Shown: positions 35,063-45,247 of the stretch, in pieces
Position numbering within the stretch: position 1 is the first letter of the stretch
Layout: each line of letters opens with the position of its first letter
DNA from: Bacillales bacterium
GTDB lineage: Bacteria; Bacillota_I; Bacilli_A; RF39; UBA660
Length of the DNA: 64,000 nucleotides
Reading direction: 5' to 3'
Assembly: GCA_016292035.1 (NCBI GenBank)
Contig: JAEEZR010000044.1
Span: 7,760 to 71,759 of the forward strand
Translations under genes and position numbers: made by a program
Notes under the pieces: generated by a model
Databases searched by the model: none
What the model was told of the DNA's origin: nothing
Seen by the model: only the letters and a program-made list of their open reading frames with translations

Positions 35063-37588
35063 ATGTTAGATACTAAATATGATTCTAAAAAAGTAGAAGA
35101 AGGAAAGTATGAAGAATGGAAGAATAGGGGTTATTTTACATGTGGAGATACTAGTAAGAAACCTTATAGTATAGTTATTCCACCACCTAATGTTACAGGT
35201 AAACTTCATATAGGGCATGCTTATAATGTATCTATTCAAGATGCTATTATAAGATATAAAAGAATGATGGGATTTGATACACTTTGGCTTCCTGGTATGG
35301 ATCATGCCGCTATTGCAACTGAAGCTAAGGTTGTTAAAAAACTAAAAGATCAAGGTATTAATAAGTATGAATATGGAAGAGGAAAGTTCTTAGAAGCTTG
35401 CTGGGACTGGACAAGAGAATACGGAGGAGCTATTAGAGATCAATGGGCTGCAATGGGAGTATCTGTTGATTATTCTAAAGAAAGATTCACACTAGACGAA
35501 GGACTAAATAAAGCAGTTACTAAAGTATTTGTTGATTATTATAAAAAAGGACTTATTTATAGAGGAGAAAAGATAATTAACTGGGATCCAGCTGCTAAGA
35601 CAGCTCTTTCTAATGAAGAAGTTATTTATAGTGAAGAGAAAAGTGCTTTTTATCATTTAAAATATATTATTGATGGAACAGATGAATTTTTAGATGTTGC
35701 TACAACTCGTCCAGAAACTTTATTTGGAGATACTGCTGTAGCAGTTAATGAAAATGATCCTAGATATCAAAAATATATAGGAAAGAATGTTATTCTTCCT
35801 ATTATGAACAAATTAATTCCTATTATAGCTGATGAACACGCTGATATGGAAAAGGGAACTGGATGTGTTAAGATTACTCCAGCACATGATCCTAACGACT
35901 TTGAAGTAGGAAATAGACATAACTTAGAGAGAATATGCATTATGAATGATGATGCTACAATGAATGAGAACGTTCCTTCAAAATATCAAGGTATGAGTAG
36001 AGAAGAGTGTAGAGAAGTACTTTTAAATGATTTAAAAGAAGAAGGATTACTTCTAGAAATAGAGCCTTTAGTTCATGAAGTAGGACACTCAGAGAGAACT
36101 GGCGTTATGGTAGAGCCTATGGTTAAAGAGCAATGGTTTGTTAAGATGGATTCTTTAGCTAAGAATTTACTTGATATTCAAAAATCTAAAGATGATAAAG
36201 TTAATTTTATACCTGAAAGATTTGAAAACCTTTTAAATTCTTGGATGAGCGATTGTCATGACTGGTGTATTTCTCGTCAACTTTGGTGGGGACACAGAAT
36301 TCCTGCTTGGTATAAGGACGGAGAAATCTATGTTGGAGAAGAAGCTCCTAAGGAAGAAGGATGGATGCAAGACGAGGACGTACTAGATACATGGTTTAGT
36401 AGTGCTTTATGGCCATTTAGCACTTTAGGATGGCCAGAAAAAACATCTGATTTAGAAAGATATTATCCAAATGACTGCTTAGTTACTGCATATGATATTA
36501 TTTTCTTCTGGGTAGCTAGAATGATGTTCCAAAGTGAAGAGTTAAATGGTATTCGTCCATTTAAAGACTGCATTATTCATGGACTAATTCGTGATAAAGA
36601 AGGAAGAAAGATGAGTAAGAGTCTAGGTAACGGAGTAGACCCATTTGAAATGATAGATAAATATGGAGTAGATGCTTTAAGATACTACTTAAATACTGAT
36701 GTTGCTTTTGGTACCGATTTAAGATTTGATGAAGATAAGATGAGTAGTACTTGGAACTATATTAATAAAATATGGAATGCTTCTAGATTCGTTTTAATGA
36801 ATATAGAAGGTCTTGAAAAATTAGATTTCTCTAATTTAACAGAGCTTGATAAATGGATTTTAACTAAATATGAAAATATAGTTAAATCAAGTATTAAACA
36901 TATGGATAACTATGAATTTAATTTATTTGGAGCTGAAACATATTCATTTATATATGATGATTTTTGTTCTAACTATATTGAATTTAGTAAATTTAATAGT
37001 GAATCTGCTACTACTAAATCAGTTTTATGTTATGTTTTAACTGGTATACTTAAGATGCTTCATCCATTTATGCCTTTTGTAACAGAAGAAATTTATCAAA
37101 TGCTTCCAATTAAGGATAGCGAGTCTATTATGATTAGTGATTATCCTAAATATGAAGAAGAATTTATATTTGATGAAGTTAAAGATAAAGTAGATGATTA
37201 TGTTTTATTTATTAAGACATTTAGAACTGTAAAAGCAGAGAATAATATTACTAAAGATATGAAAGTATTATTTGAAACTGAAGTTGATCCATTAATTATA
37301 AAAGTTCTTAGAATAGAAGATAATATTATTAATGAAAAATTATCTATTAAGTCTTATAAAGTTATTAGTAATAAGATAAAAGCCTTAATATTCTATCAGA
37401 AAGAAGAGAGTGAAGATGATAAGCTTCTTAAAGAAAAAGAAATAGAAGCATTAAAAGCATCTATTGAAAGAAGAGAAAAGCTTTTATCTAATGAAAATTA
37501 TGTTAATAAAGCTCCTGCTAATATAGTTGAGATGGACAAACAAAAATTAGCTGAAGAAAAGAACAAACTAAGTGAATTACTAAAGTAA
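35063..37588 (+). CDS. valS: Valine-tRNA ligase
   Basis: PPPNVTGKLHIGH, DWCISRQLWWGH, KMSKS, C-terminal coiled coil (LSNENYVNKAP). Confidence 0.98.
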   Translation: MLDTKYDSKKVEEGKYEEWKNRGYFTCGDTSKKPYSIVIPPPNVTGKLHIGHAYNVSIQDAIIRYKRMMGFDTLWLPGMDHAAIATEAKVVKKLKDQGINKYEYGRGKFLEACWDWTREYGGAIRDQWAAMGVSVDYSKERFTLDEGLNKAVTKVFVDYYKKGLIYRGEKIINWDPAAKTALSNEEVIYSEEKSAFYHLKYIIDGTDEFLDVATTRPETLFGDTAVAVNENDPRYQKYIGKNVILPIMNKLIPIIADEHADMEKGTGCVKITPAHDPNDFEVGNRHNLERICIMNDDATMNENVPSKYQGMSREECREVLLNDLKEEGLLLEIEPLVHEVGHSERTGVMVEPMVKEQWFVKMDSLAKNLLDIQKSKDDKVNFIPERFENLLNSWMSDCHDWCISRQLWWGHRIPAWYKDGEIYVGEEAPKEEGWMQDEDVLDTWFSSALWPFSTLGWPEKTSDLERYYPNDCLVTAYDIIFFWVARMMFQSEELNGIRPFKDCIIHGLIRDKEGRKMSKSLGNGVDPFEMIDKYGVDALRYYLNTDVAFGTDLRFDEDKMSSTWNYINKIWNASRFVLMNIEGLEKLDFSNLTELDKWILTKYENIVKSSIKHMDNYEFNLFGAETYSFIYDDFCSNYIEFSKFNSESATTKSVLCYVLTGILKMLHPFMPFVTEEIYQMLPIKDSESIMISDYPKYEEEFIFDEVKDKVDDYVLFIKTFRTVKAENNITKDMKVLFETEVDPLIIKVLRIEDNIINEKLSIKSYKVISNKIKALIFYQKEESEDDKLLKEKEIEALKASIERREKLLSNENYVNKAPANIVEMDKQKLAEEKNKLSELLK

Positions 37589-37589
37589 T

Positions 37590-37617
37590 TTGACAATAAC
37601 CTCCTTTGTGCTATAAT
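37590..37617 (+). promoter_or_regulatory. sigma-A promoter for the downstream secreted protein
   Basis: TTGACA (37590-37595), 16 bp, TATAAT (37612-37617). Confidence 0.7.
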
Positions 37618-37642
37618 ATAGCTGAATAAGGGAGGTTTTATT

Positions 37643-38770
37643 ATGAAAAATAATGAAAGATTAAAATATTTAATGCTTAAAAAAGCTGCACCTTTAGCTT
37701 TAGCTGGTATGTTAGTGTTTGGTTCTAATGGTGTAGAAGCTCAAGCTAAAAGTGTTGATTCAGAAAAAGTTTTTGAAGTAGACGGTTATTATACTATGAA
37801 TCCTGATACTAACCCATTATACATTTATTTAGGAAATGTTGTTCCTAACAAATATTTAAAGAAGAATGACGCTATTAGTTTAATGAGTCAATATTATGAG
37901 AAACTTTATGTACACCGTAGAATTGAAACTAGAGCAGTTAGAATTAATGGTAGAGAATCATATGAATCAGTTGATGTTTATGCTATCAGTCCTAATTATT
38001 TTGAAAAGGATTGGGGATGGTCTATTGATACATCTGATATTAAAGAAAATACTATGGTAGCTACTTCTATCGAGTTAGGTAATATTTTAATAGATGAAAA
38101 ATTAAATAGACAAAATAAATTTAAACTTATAGATTATGATTTAAATAACGATGGAGAGTATGAAAAAGTTGCTATTGTAAGTAAAGCAGAAGATTATAGA
38201 GAACTTCCTCTTAATGAAGCTCTTAATTATGCTAAGAGTAAGTGGCAACCATATTTCTTATTAAGAAGAATAGTTCTTCTTCCTAATGGAAAAAGAGTTT
38301 ATAAATATGCTGTAAGTAATCGTGGCTTCCTTAATGTAGAAAATGGATGGCTTATGGTAAATGAAGATTCTGTTCCTAGTGATACTATCGTTGCTACTGA
38401 TACTTATGTATATGATGCAATGTATGATATGGTAGATACTCTTCCAACTTTAAAAGTTATTGGAGAAAATTTACATGATATTGATCCAGATGACTATTAT
38501 TATAGTTATAAATCTAAGAATAAAGCTTTAAAGTATGCTTATAAAAACTTTAAATCTTTCTGTATAGTAACTAAAGAAGTTTTATTTGAAGGTAATTATG
38601 TTGATGTATATGCATTTACTCAGGATGTAAATTCGTATAATAAAGATGGATGGAAATTAGCTTATAATGATGAAATACCATCTAATGCTTATATCTTCCT
38701 AGATACAGAGTATGCTGAAAATTATTTAATATTAGCTAAACACGGATATGCTAAGAAGTTATTAAAATAA
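37643..38770 (+). CDS. Hypothetical secreted protein with three internal ~70-aa repeats
   Basis: Signal-like N-terminus (AEA/AQA-type cleavage). Three copies of K/N.A+.Y...V.(V/K)YA...GW...+P.+. DLNNDG motif. Confidence 0.7.
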   Translation: MKNNERLKYLMLKKAAPLALAGMLVFGSNGVEAQAKSVDSEKVFEVDGYYTMNPDTNPLYIYLGNVVPNKYLKKNDAISLMSQYYEKLYVHRRIETRAVRINGRESYESVDVYAISPNYFEKDWGWSIDTSDIKENTMVATSIELGNILIDEKLNRQNKFKLIDYDLNNDGEYEKVAIVSKAEDYRELPLNEALNYAKSKWQPYFLLRRIVLLPNGKRVYKYAVSNRGFLNVENGWLMVNEDSVPSDTIVATDTYVYDAMYDMVDTLPTLKVIGENLHDIDPDDYYYSYKSKNKALKYAYKNFKSFCIVTKEVLFEGNYVDVYAFTQDVNSYNKDGWKLAYNDEIPSNAYIFLDTEYAENYLILAKHGYAKKLLK

Positions 38771-38826
38771 ATAAAGTATAAGGAAAAGAAGTTTCTTTTC
38801 CTTATTTTTTTTGCTATAATCTTATT

Positions 38827-39807
38827 ATGAGAATAGTGAGTAGAATAAAAATATTATGTGAAAAAGATGCACGTAATATTATAGATAAAATTAGTAAAAA
38901 AACAGGTAAGTCTAAAATATGTTTATTTTTAGATATTTTTAAGTCATATAAAAATTATAAGTGTGATTATATGGAATACTATTATTATGAGTTTTATATG
39001 CTTAGTGATAAAGAGAGAAGAACTTTTGTTACTAATAAAATGAATGATTATATTATTAATAAATATAATAATAAAGATGAGTCTATAAAGTTAGATGATA
39101 AAGGTTCTTTTGATTTAATGTTTAAAGATTATATTCATAGGGACTTTATTGATTTAAGAAGCTCTTCTTTTAAGGATTTTAAAGATTTTATTTCTGATAA
39201 AGATAAAGTTCTTGTTTCAACAACAGATTATAAGAATTTTGAAATAATTAGGGTTGTTAAAGATTTACTTAAGAATGAATATAATGTTCTTAAAATTTAT
39301 AATTCTATTATGAAAAGAAATGAAGTTATTGTAGAAGAGTTATTAGTTGAGAATAAAGAAGTTTCTAGATTATATAGCGAAGGCATTAATTATTTGAGAC
39401 TTAACACTTTTAATGATGGAAAGGATGTCCATGTTATTAGTAGAGTATTTAAGATTAATAAGAGTAAAGATGAAAAACTATACGCTATTTTAAATGAAAA
39501 TGGCACTATTATATATCCTGCTGTTAATAATAATTCTCAAACATTTATGAAACATCCTGATACTAAAGAAGATATTATTGATTATCAAGTTCCTTTCTAT
39601 AAAGAAGCTGAAAAGATGGTTATAGATGCAGCTAAAAAGATTAATGATGTTAAGTATATAGGATGGGATGTGTTTATTGGAGAAGATCATCCTTCAATAT
39701 TAAAAGCTACATCTAAACCTCTTGCATTTGAACTTAAACCTAGTGTAAGTGGAAATAGAGAAGGTTTAAAGAAAGAATATGAAAAATATATAGGTGAAAA
39801 ATTATGA
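38827..39807 (+). CDS. Sugar-transfer-associated ATP-grasp domain protein
   Basis: EY..YEFY..S..ER.TF, DK..F..MF, YLRLNT, HPDT, YIGWDV. Confidence 0.75.
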   Translation: MRIVSRIKILCEKDARNIIDKISKKTGKSKICLFLDIFKSYKNYKCDYMEYYYYEFYMLSDKERRTFVTNKMNDYIINKYNNKDESIKLDDKGSFDLMFKDYIHRDFIDLRSSSFKDFKDFISDKDKVLVSTTDYKNFEIIRVVKDLLKNEYNVLKIYNSIMKRNEVIVEELLVENKEVSRLYSEGINYLRLNTFNDGKDVHVISRVFKINKSKDEKLYAILNENGTIIYPAVNNNSQTFMKHPDTKEDIIDYQVPFYKEAEKMVIDAAKKINDVKYIGWDVFIGEDHPSILKATSKPLAFELKPSVSGNREGLKKEYEKYIGEKL

Positions 39808-40655
39808 AAGAGTTTATAACACTATTTGTTAAAGGTATGATACTAGGAATTGCATTCATAATACCAGGAGTGAGTGGGGGAAGTCTTGCAGTACTTCTTG
39901 GTATCTATGAAGAATTACTAGAAGCTATATCTAATTTTTATAAAAGTTTTAAAAACTTTAAAAAGTATTTTATGTATATACTTCCAATAGGAGTAGGTGC
40001 TTTATTTTCATTAGTAGTATTTGCTAGAATAATTAAATATGGTTTAAGTAGTGCTCCTATAATAACTATATTAATATTCTTAGGATTAATACTTGGTGGT
40101 ATTCCTAAATTATTTGAAAATGTTAATAAGAAAATTGATCTTAAACATTTTAGTTTGATGTTAATAGGCATAATTATAGTTCTTCTTATGTTAATAGTTG
40201 ACAAGAAAGATGCTAGTGTTAGTTTAGTTAATTTAAATTTTATAGGCTATATTAAATTATTTTTTGTAGGAATACTTGCTTCCGCTACTATGGTTATTCC
40301 TGGTATAAGTGGATCTTTTACATTGATGCTTATTGGTTATTATGAACCTGTTTTAGAGGTTATAAATAATCTTACATCTTTTAATAATGTTGGTTCTAAT
40401 TTAATAATTATTGCTGTTTTAGCAGCGGGTGCTGTTATAGGTATAATCCTTATTGCTAAGTTAATTAATTATTTAATTAATAAATATAGAACTAATACTT
40501 ATTATGTTATTATTGGTTTTGTTCTTGCGAGTGTAGTTAGCATATTATTTGAAGTATTTAAGTTTGAGTTAAATCCTTATCATTTAGCTATTGGCAGTAT
40601 TCTTTTAGTAGTTAATACTTATTTGATATATAAGGTTTCTTATAAAATAAAGTAG
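39804..40655 (+). CDS. DUF368 family undecaprenyl-phosphate translocase
   Basis: Duplicated IPGVSGG and IPGISGS motifs, G..LG.Y; ATGA overlap with the upstream gene. Confidence 0.9.
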   Translation: MKEFITLFVKGMILGIAFIIPGVSGGSLAVLLGIYEELLEAISNFYKSFKNFKKYFMYILPIGVGALFSLVVFARIIKYGLSSAPIITILIFLGLILGGIPKLFENVNKKIDLKHFSLMLIGIIIVLLMLIVDKKDASVSLVNLNFIGYIKLFFVGILASATMVIPGISGSFTLMLIGYYEPVLEVINNLTSFNNVGSNLIIIAVLAAGAVIGIILIAKLINYLINKYRTNTYYVIIGFVLASVVSILFEVFKFELNPYHLAIGSILLVVNTYLIYKVSYKIK

Positions 40656-40662
40656 GTGCTTC

Positions 40663-41844
40663 ATGAATAAGGATATTAAAAAGATATTAGGGGTTTTGGC
40701 AATATTCTCATTAGCAGGCGCTTTTATGTACAGTTATCAAGAAATGTGGCTATTATCCAATGGACTTTCTGTTAGTACTATTAGTACTATATTTGCAATT
40801 GCTTCTTTTATCACTATATCAGTTTTATATATTTGTTCTGCTTTAGTTAGAAGAGATAAATTAAAAACGTTTATTGAAGGATTACTACTTAGTAAAGTAG
40901 TTACTTCATTAATATTGTTTTTTTACTATAAAACTAACTTTTTAATGCTTATTAAGTTTATTACTATAGTTGAATTTGTTTTAGACGTAGAAATATTTGT
41001 TAGTATATATCCTCTTATGACTTATATTAATAAAAATAATAAAGAATTTGCTCTTAGGGATATTATATATGATGCTTGTTATTTTGGTGGAGGACTTATT
41101 TGTTTAATACTTCTTAAATATGGTTTCTATGGAATACAAGTTAGTTATAATACTTATGTTTTAATAGCTAGTTTTCTTTATTTAGTAGGTTTCTTATTTC
41201 TTAGAAGTATTGATATAGAAGGAAAGAAATTAAATGAAAAGCATCAAATTACTTCTTATGGTAAGTTAATACCTGTTTTAAGAAAAGATAAGACATCTAT
41301 TTATTATCTATTATTTCATTTATTCAGTAATATATCATATTATTCTATAAGTGGCACTATTATGATTCTTTTAGTTGAAGGTCTTGGAGTAAAAGTAACT
41401 ACTTCATCATTAATATTAATTATATTTGGACTTATGTCTGCTGTTTTAGGGCATTTTACTTTAAGTAAGCATTTTAAGAATGATAAAGTTAATGTAGGTA
41501 TTAAGTATATTGGTAGATGTATTTTATATTTCTTAGCATTTTTATCTGGTAATAGAATTATCATTATACTTGCTGTTATCTTTTGTAAGCTTACAGTAGA
41601 TTCATTTATTCAGATGAGTGATGCTCCATTTACTAATAGATTAGATAATAAATATCAATTTAGTTTTTCTAATTTTAGAAATAGTGTAGGTTATTTAGGA
41701 AGAAGTATTGGTACACTTATATGTGGCTTATTAATAGTTATTGATGCTAGACTTAATTTCTTATCTGCATTTATATTTGTATTTATATCTATTGTTTTCA
41801 TTTTTATGGCAATGAATGGAATTGAAAAAGAAAAGCATAATTAA
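40663..41844 (+). CDS. MFS-type membrane transporter (divergent)
   Basis: About 12 hydrophobic segments in two halves. Confidence 0.65.
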   Translation: MNKDIKKILGVLAIFSLAGAFMYSYQEMWLLSNGLSVSTISTIFAIASFITISVLYICSALVRRDKLKTFIEGLLLSKVVTSLILFFYYKTNFLMLIKFITIVEFVLDVEIFVSIYPLMTYINKNNKEFALRDIIYDACYFGGGLICLILLKYGFYGIQVSYNTYVLIASFLYLVGFLFLRSIDIEGKKLNEKHQITSYGKLIPVLRKDKTSIYYLLFHLFSNISYYSISGTIMILLVEGLGVKVTTSSLILIIFGLMSAVLGHFTLSKHFKNDKVNVGIKYIGRCILYFLAFLSGNRIIIILAVIFCKLTVDSFIQMSDAPFTNRLDNKYQFSFSNFRNSVGYLGRSIGTLICGLLIVIDARLNFLSAFIFVFISIVFIFMAMNGIEKEKHN

Positions 41845-41901
41845 TATGCTTTTTTTGTATAAATAAATAATTTACTTACATAATAATCGTGGGAGGATTA
41901 T

Positions 41902-42093
41902 ATGAGTGAAAAAGAACTACTTTATTTAGAAGATGCGATTAGTCATGAAAGAATTGTTTCTAAGTTTTTAGAAGAAAATTCAGCTTATTTAGAAAATGAA
42001 GAGGTTAGTGATTTCTTTTTAAAAGAGAAAAAGAAACATGATAGTTTTAAAGAAAAAATATTTAAGTGTTTAAAGGAGAAAGCTAATGAGTGA
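41902..42093 (+). CDS. Small ferritin-like/spore-coat (CotF-associated) protein
   Basis: KELLYLEDAISHE pattern; RBS GGGAGG; overlaps the next gene. Confidence 0.55.
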   Translation: MSEKELLYLEDAISHERIVSKFLEENSAYLENEEVSDFFLKEKKKHDSFKEKIFKCLKEKANE

Positions 42094-42334
42094 TATAGAT
42101 CTTTTAGAAGAGTATTTACTTATGATTAAGAGTAATGTAGAAGTTTATGTCCATGGCACTATTGAGAGTTCTAATGAATATATAAAAGAATTACTTTGGG
42201 ATGGACTAGATGAAACTCTTAAACATCAAGAAAATACATTTTTAATGCTTAATAGTTTGGGCTCTTATTTAACAGAGGATACTAAGCATGATAATATTAA
42301 TAAAGTTATTAAGAAACTGGAAAAAGACATGTAG
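42086..42334 (+). CDS. Coat F domain protein
   Basis: D+DLL...L...K.....Y..G.+E.SN..+..L.....E....Q...F..+...G.Y pattern. Confidence 0.65.
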   Translation: MSDIDLLEEYLLMIKSNVEVYVHGTIESSNEYIKELLWDGLDETLKHQENTFLMLNSLGSYLTEDTKHDNINKVIKKLEKDM

Positions 42335-42382
42335 TCTTTTTCTTTTTGTTTAATTGTATTATAATTAAAATGGTGAGAACGT

Positions 42383-43405
42383 ATGAATATGTATGACTAT
42401 ATAAAATATTATAAAGATATGGATTTAAAAAGAGTGCCTTTTAATTATATAGATGGGCTTATATTTGCTACACTTGCTTATGCACCTTATGATAGTTTTA
42501 AAAGTAAAACATTTAGTGAGTTTGTTAGTGGGTGTAAGAAAATAAGAGTTAGAAAGAATTCTAATAGCATTATTCCTATTGTTAAAGAGTTATCTGTTTA
42601 TTTAGAAAATGCTAGCAGATATAAAGACGTTGTTATTAATAATTTTATTGATATGAATAATAAGAATACACAGTTTGGTGCCCTTTGCATTACTTTTGGA
42701 GATAATAAAATTATTTGTTTTGAAGGTACTGATGGATCTAGTATAGGATGGCTTGAAAACTTTAGATGTATGTATGAATATCCTACATTTACACAGAAAC
42801 TTGCCAGTGAATATTTAAATGATAATATTACTTCTAGTGATAAAAAAGTTTATGTTTTAGGTCATTCTAAAGGCGGCAATATGGCTATGTCTGCTGCTAT
42901 GGAAACAAGTGATAAGTTATTTAAGAAAATAGAAAAAGTTATTAATTATGATGGCCCAGGTTTTAGAAAAGAAGAATATAAATCTAAGAAGTATGAAAGA
43001 CTTAGTGAGAAGTTAGTTAATATTATGCCTAGTGCTTCTATGGTTGGAGCACTTCTTTATAATAATAAGTATTCTATTATTAAGCCTTTAACAATTGGTG
43101 TTAGTTCTCATTTTCCAAGCAATTGGAATGTGTTTGGTGAATTCTTTGTAAGAGATAGTATAAGTGCTTTTAGTATTAAATTACATGAGAAGACTACTAA
43201 AGGACTTGAAAATATTAATATGGAAAGTGCTGCATACGCTATTGAATTATTATTTGATGAAATATTAAAAGAGAAGAAAAATATTCATGATATTAAAGCT
43301 TCGGATTTGATATCTATATATAGAAATGTTAAGACTATTGATAGTAAGACATTTGATTATATATTTTCATTAATTGCTTCAACTGTGTTTGAGAGTAAAA
43401 AATAA
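42383..43405 (+). CDS. DUF2974 (Mbeg1-like) alpha/beta hydrolase
   Basis: FEGTDGS..GW.EN, GHSKGGNMA (GxSxG), YDGPGF. Confidence 0.88.
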   Translation: MNMYDYIKYYKDMDLKRVPFNYIDGLIFATLAYAPYDSFKSKTFSEFVSGCKKIRVRKNSNSIIPIVKELSVYLENASRYKDVVINNFIDMNNKNTQFGALCITFGDNKIICFEGTDGSSIGWLENFRCMYEYPTFTQKLASEYLNDNITSSDKKVYVLGHSKGGNMAMSAAMETSDKLFKKIEKVINYDGPGFRKEEYKSKKYERLSEKLVNIMPSASMVGALLYNNKYSIIKPLTIGVSSHFPSNWNVFGEFFVRDSISAFSIKLHEKTTKGLENINMESAAYAIELLFDEILKEKKNIHDIKASDLISIYRNVKTIDSKTFDYIFSLIASTVFESKK

Positions 43406-43471
43406 TAAAGATTATTTCTTTATTATTTTTATTTTGCTATAATGATTATAGTAATAATAGGAGGCAAAAGT

Positions 43472-44107
43472 ATGGCTTCATTCATGATACATGCTGCTAT
43501 TGCCAGTGAGATTAATAAGCAGCTAAGAAGAGATAATGATAAACTTCTTTTAGGTACAATCGCACCTGATATTAGTAAAGTAGTAGGCGAAGATAAAACC
43601 TATACTCATTTTTTAGGTACTCATAAGGATGTGCCTAGTTTAGATAAGTTTTTAAACTTATATTCTAAGTATTTTTATGATGACTTTGTTTTAGGATACT
43701 ATATTCATTTATATGTTGATTATTTGTGGTTTAAATATTTTATTCCTGAGATATATGATGAAAGTAAGAATCTTATTACTAAGTTAGATGGCACTGTTGT
43801 GCCTTGTCATGGTTTTATGGCTACTCAGTATATTTATAATGATTATACTAATATTAATAAGAGGATTATTGATGAATATAAGATAAATATGGACTTTCTA
43901 TATGGAAATATTCCGCATATCGATAGAATAATTGTAGAAGCACATGTTGATAAATTAGATGTTTTAGTTAGTAAATCTAGAGAAATATTAAGTAAAGTAA
44001 ACTCTGTTAAAGATATGACTTTCAATATGGAAAACATAGATAATTTTATTTCTTTATCTGTTAGGATTATTAGTTCAAATTTAATGGAGCTTGGCATTTT
44101 ATATTAA
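43472..44107 (+). CDS. Zinc-dependent phospholipase C-like family protein
   Basis: IH..IA, LGTIAPD, THF, GYYIHL..D metal-binding pattern. Start moved to ATG 43472 after GGAGG. Confidence 0.7.
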   Translation: MASFMIHAAIASEINKQLRRDNDKLLLGTIAPDISKVVGEDKTYTHFLGTHKDVPSLDKFLNLYSKYFYDDFVLGYYIHLYVDYLWFKYFIPEIYDESKNLITKLDGTVVPCHGFMATQYIYNDYTNINKRIIDEYKINMDFLYGNIPHIDRIIVEAHVDKLDVLVSKSREILSKVNSVKDMTFNMENIDNFISLSVRIISSNLMELGILY

Positions 44108-44166
44108 TTTGACAAATTAGCCTTTTTAAAGTATATTTATAATAGAAGAGGGTAGGGTAAGAGAAT

Positions 44167-44976
44167 ATGAGTATGACTGATGAAGAAATAATTAGATATT
44201 TAGAAAAACATCATTTTCATGACACAGCAAAGGAAGAAAGTTTTGATAGAAGCAAAGCTGCTAGCTGCATTAATCTTTCTTATGTTAATTCAAGAAAAGA
44301 GAGAGTGGCTGCACAGAGAAAACAAGTTGCTAAAAGAGTAGGTATTTTTGCTGGACTTGCACTTTCTGTACTTGTTTGTGTTAATGGTGTTAAAAGCTAT
44401 GTTTCTGCAACTGATGATAAAGAAGTAGCTGCTAGTGAAGATAAAAATATATTTGAAGGTATTAGTGATTTTCTATCTACTGCTATTAATGGTGGAGAGT
44501 TAAATATGAATACCTTAGGTAGAAAACTAGGAGCCTTAGCTAGAAAACCAAATAATGAAGGAGAACTAGTTTATATGGAGCAATCCATTCTTAGTCAATG
44601 CATAATTGATTTAGGTAATGGTAAATATGGCTATGATTTTGATAAAATAGGTCAATCTATTGCAAGACTAGACCGTGATTTACAAGATTATGCTGTATGT
44701 ACAGTTCTTTATGATGAAAAAATGAGAGGAACACTTGATAATCAAATATATGTTGATGAAAATAAAACCGAAAGCAATGCTGATTTAACTATTAAAGCTG
44801 TTGCAAAGTGGTCTAACGATGAAGATATTAAGGCTAAATATAATAAATCATTTGAGCAGTTTTTAAAAGATGCTAAATATGAATCTTTTGATCCATATAA
44901 AAAATCACAGGATGATAATGCTCCAACTATTAAAGCTATAGTTGATTCGCTAATTGAAAGGGGTTATAAAAGATGA
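44167..44976 (+). CDS. Hypothetical type II membrane protein
   Basis: Cytoplasmic N-terminus, basic stretch, then one TM (VGIFAGLALSVLVCV). Confidence 0.7.
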   Translation: MSMTDEEIIRYLEKHHFHDTAKEESFDRSKAASCINLSYVNSRKERVAAQRKQVAKRVGIFAGLALSVLVCVNGVKSYVSATDDKEVAASEDKNIFEGISDFLSTAINGGELNMNTLGRKLGALARKPNNEGELVYMEQSILSQCIIDLGNGKYGYDFDKIGQSIARLDRDLQDYAVCTVLYDEKMRGTLDNQIYVDENKTESNADLTIKAVAKWSNDEDIKAKYNKSFEQFLKDAKYESFDPYKKSQDDNAPTIKAIVDSLIERGYKR

Positions 44977-45221
44977 TAGATGTTAATTGCTGCACTTTTA
45001 ATGGAAAAGATTATATAGAAGTAGAAAGAATAGAGAATAAAGATAAAGTATATGCTTATTTAGTTAATGAGAAAGATGAGTATGACTTCATGATTAGAGT
45101 TGTTAATAAAGAAGATGATAAAGAATTTTATGATCCACTTTCTTCTCAAACTGAATTTGAAAAAGCAATGGCTTTGTTTCTAAAGAAAAACTTAAAAGCT
45201 ACTGAAGATAAAGCTGCATAA
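44973..45221 (+). CDS. DUF1292-like small acidic protein
   Basis: F+G.DY........Y.YL......+.........+...+....EF..A...F pattern. Confidence 0.6.
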   Translation: MIDVNCCTFNGKDYIEVERIENKDKVYAYLVNEKDEYDFMIRVVNKEDDKEFYDPLSSQTEFEKAMALFLKKNLKATEDKAA

Positions 45222-45247
45222 TAAAAGAATGGCTAAGCCATTCTTTT

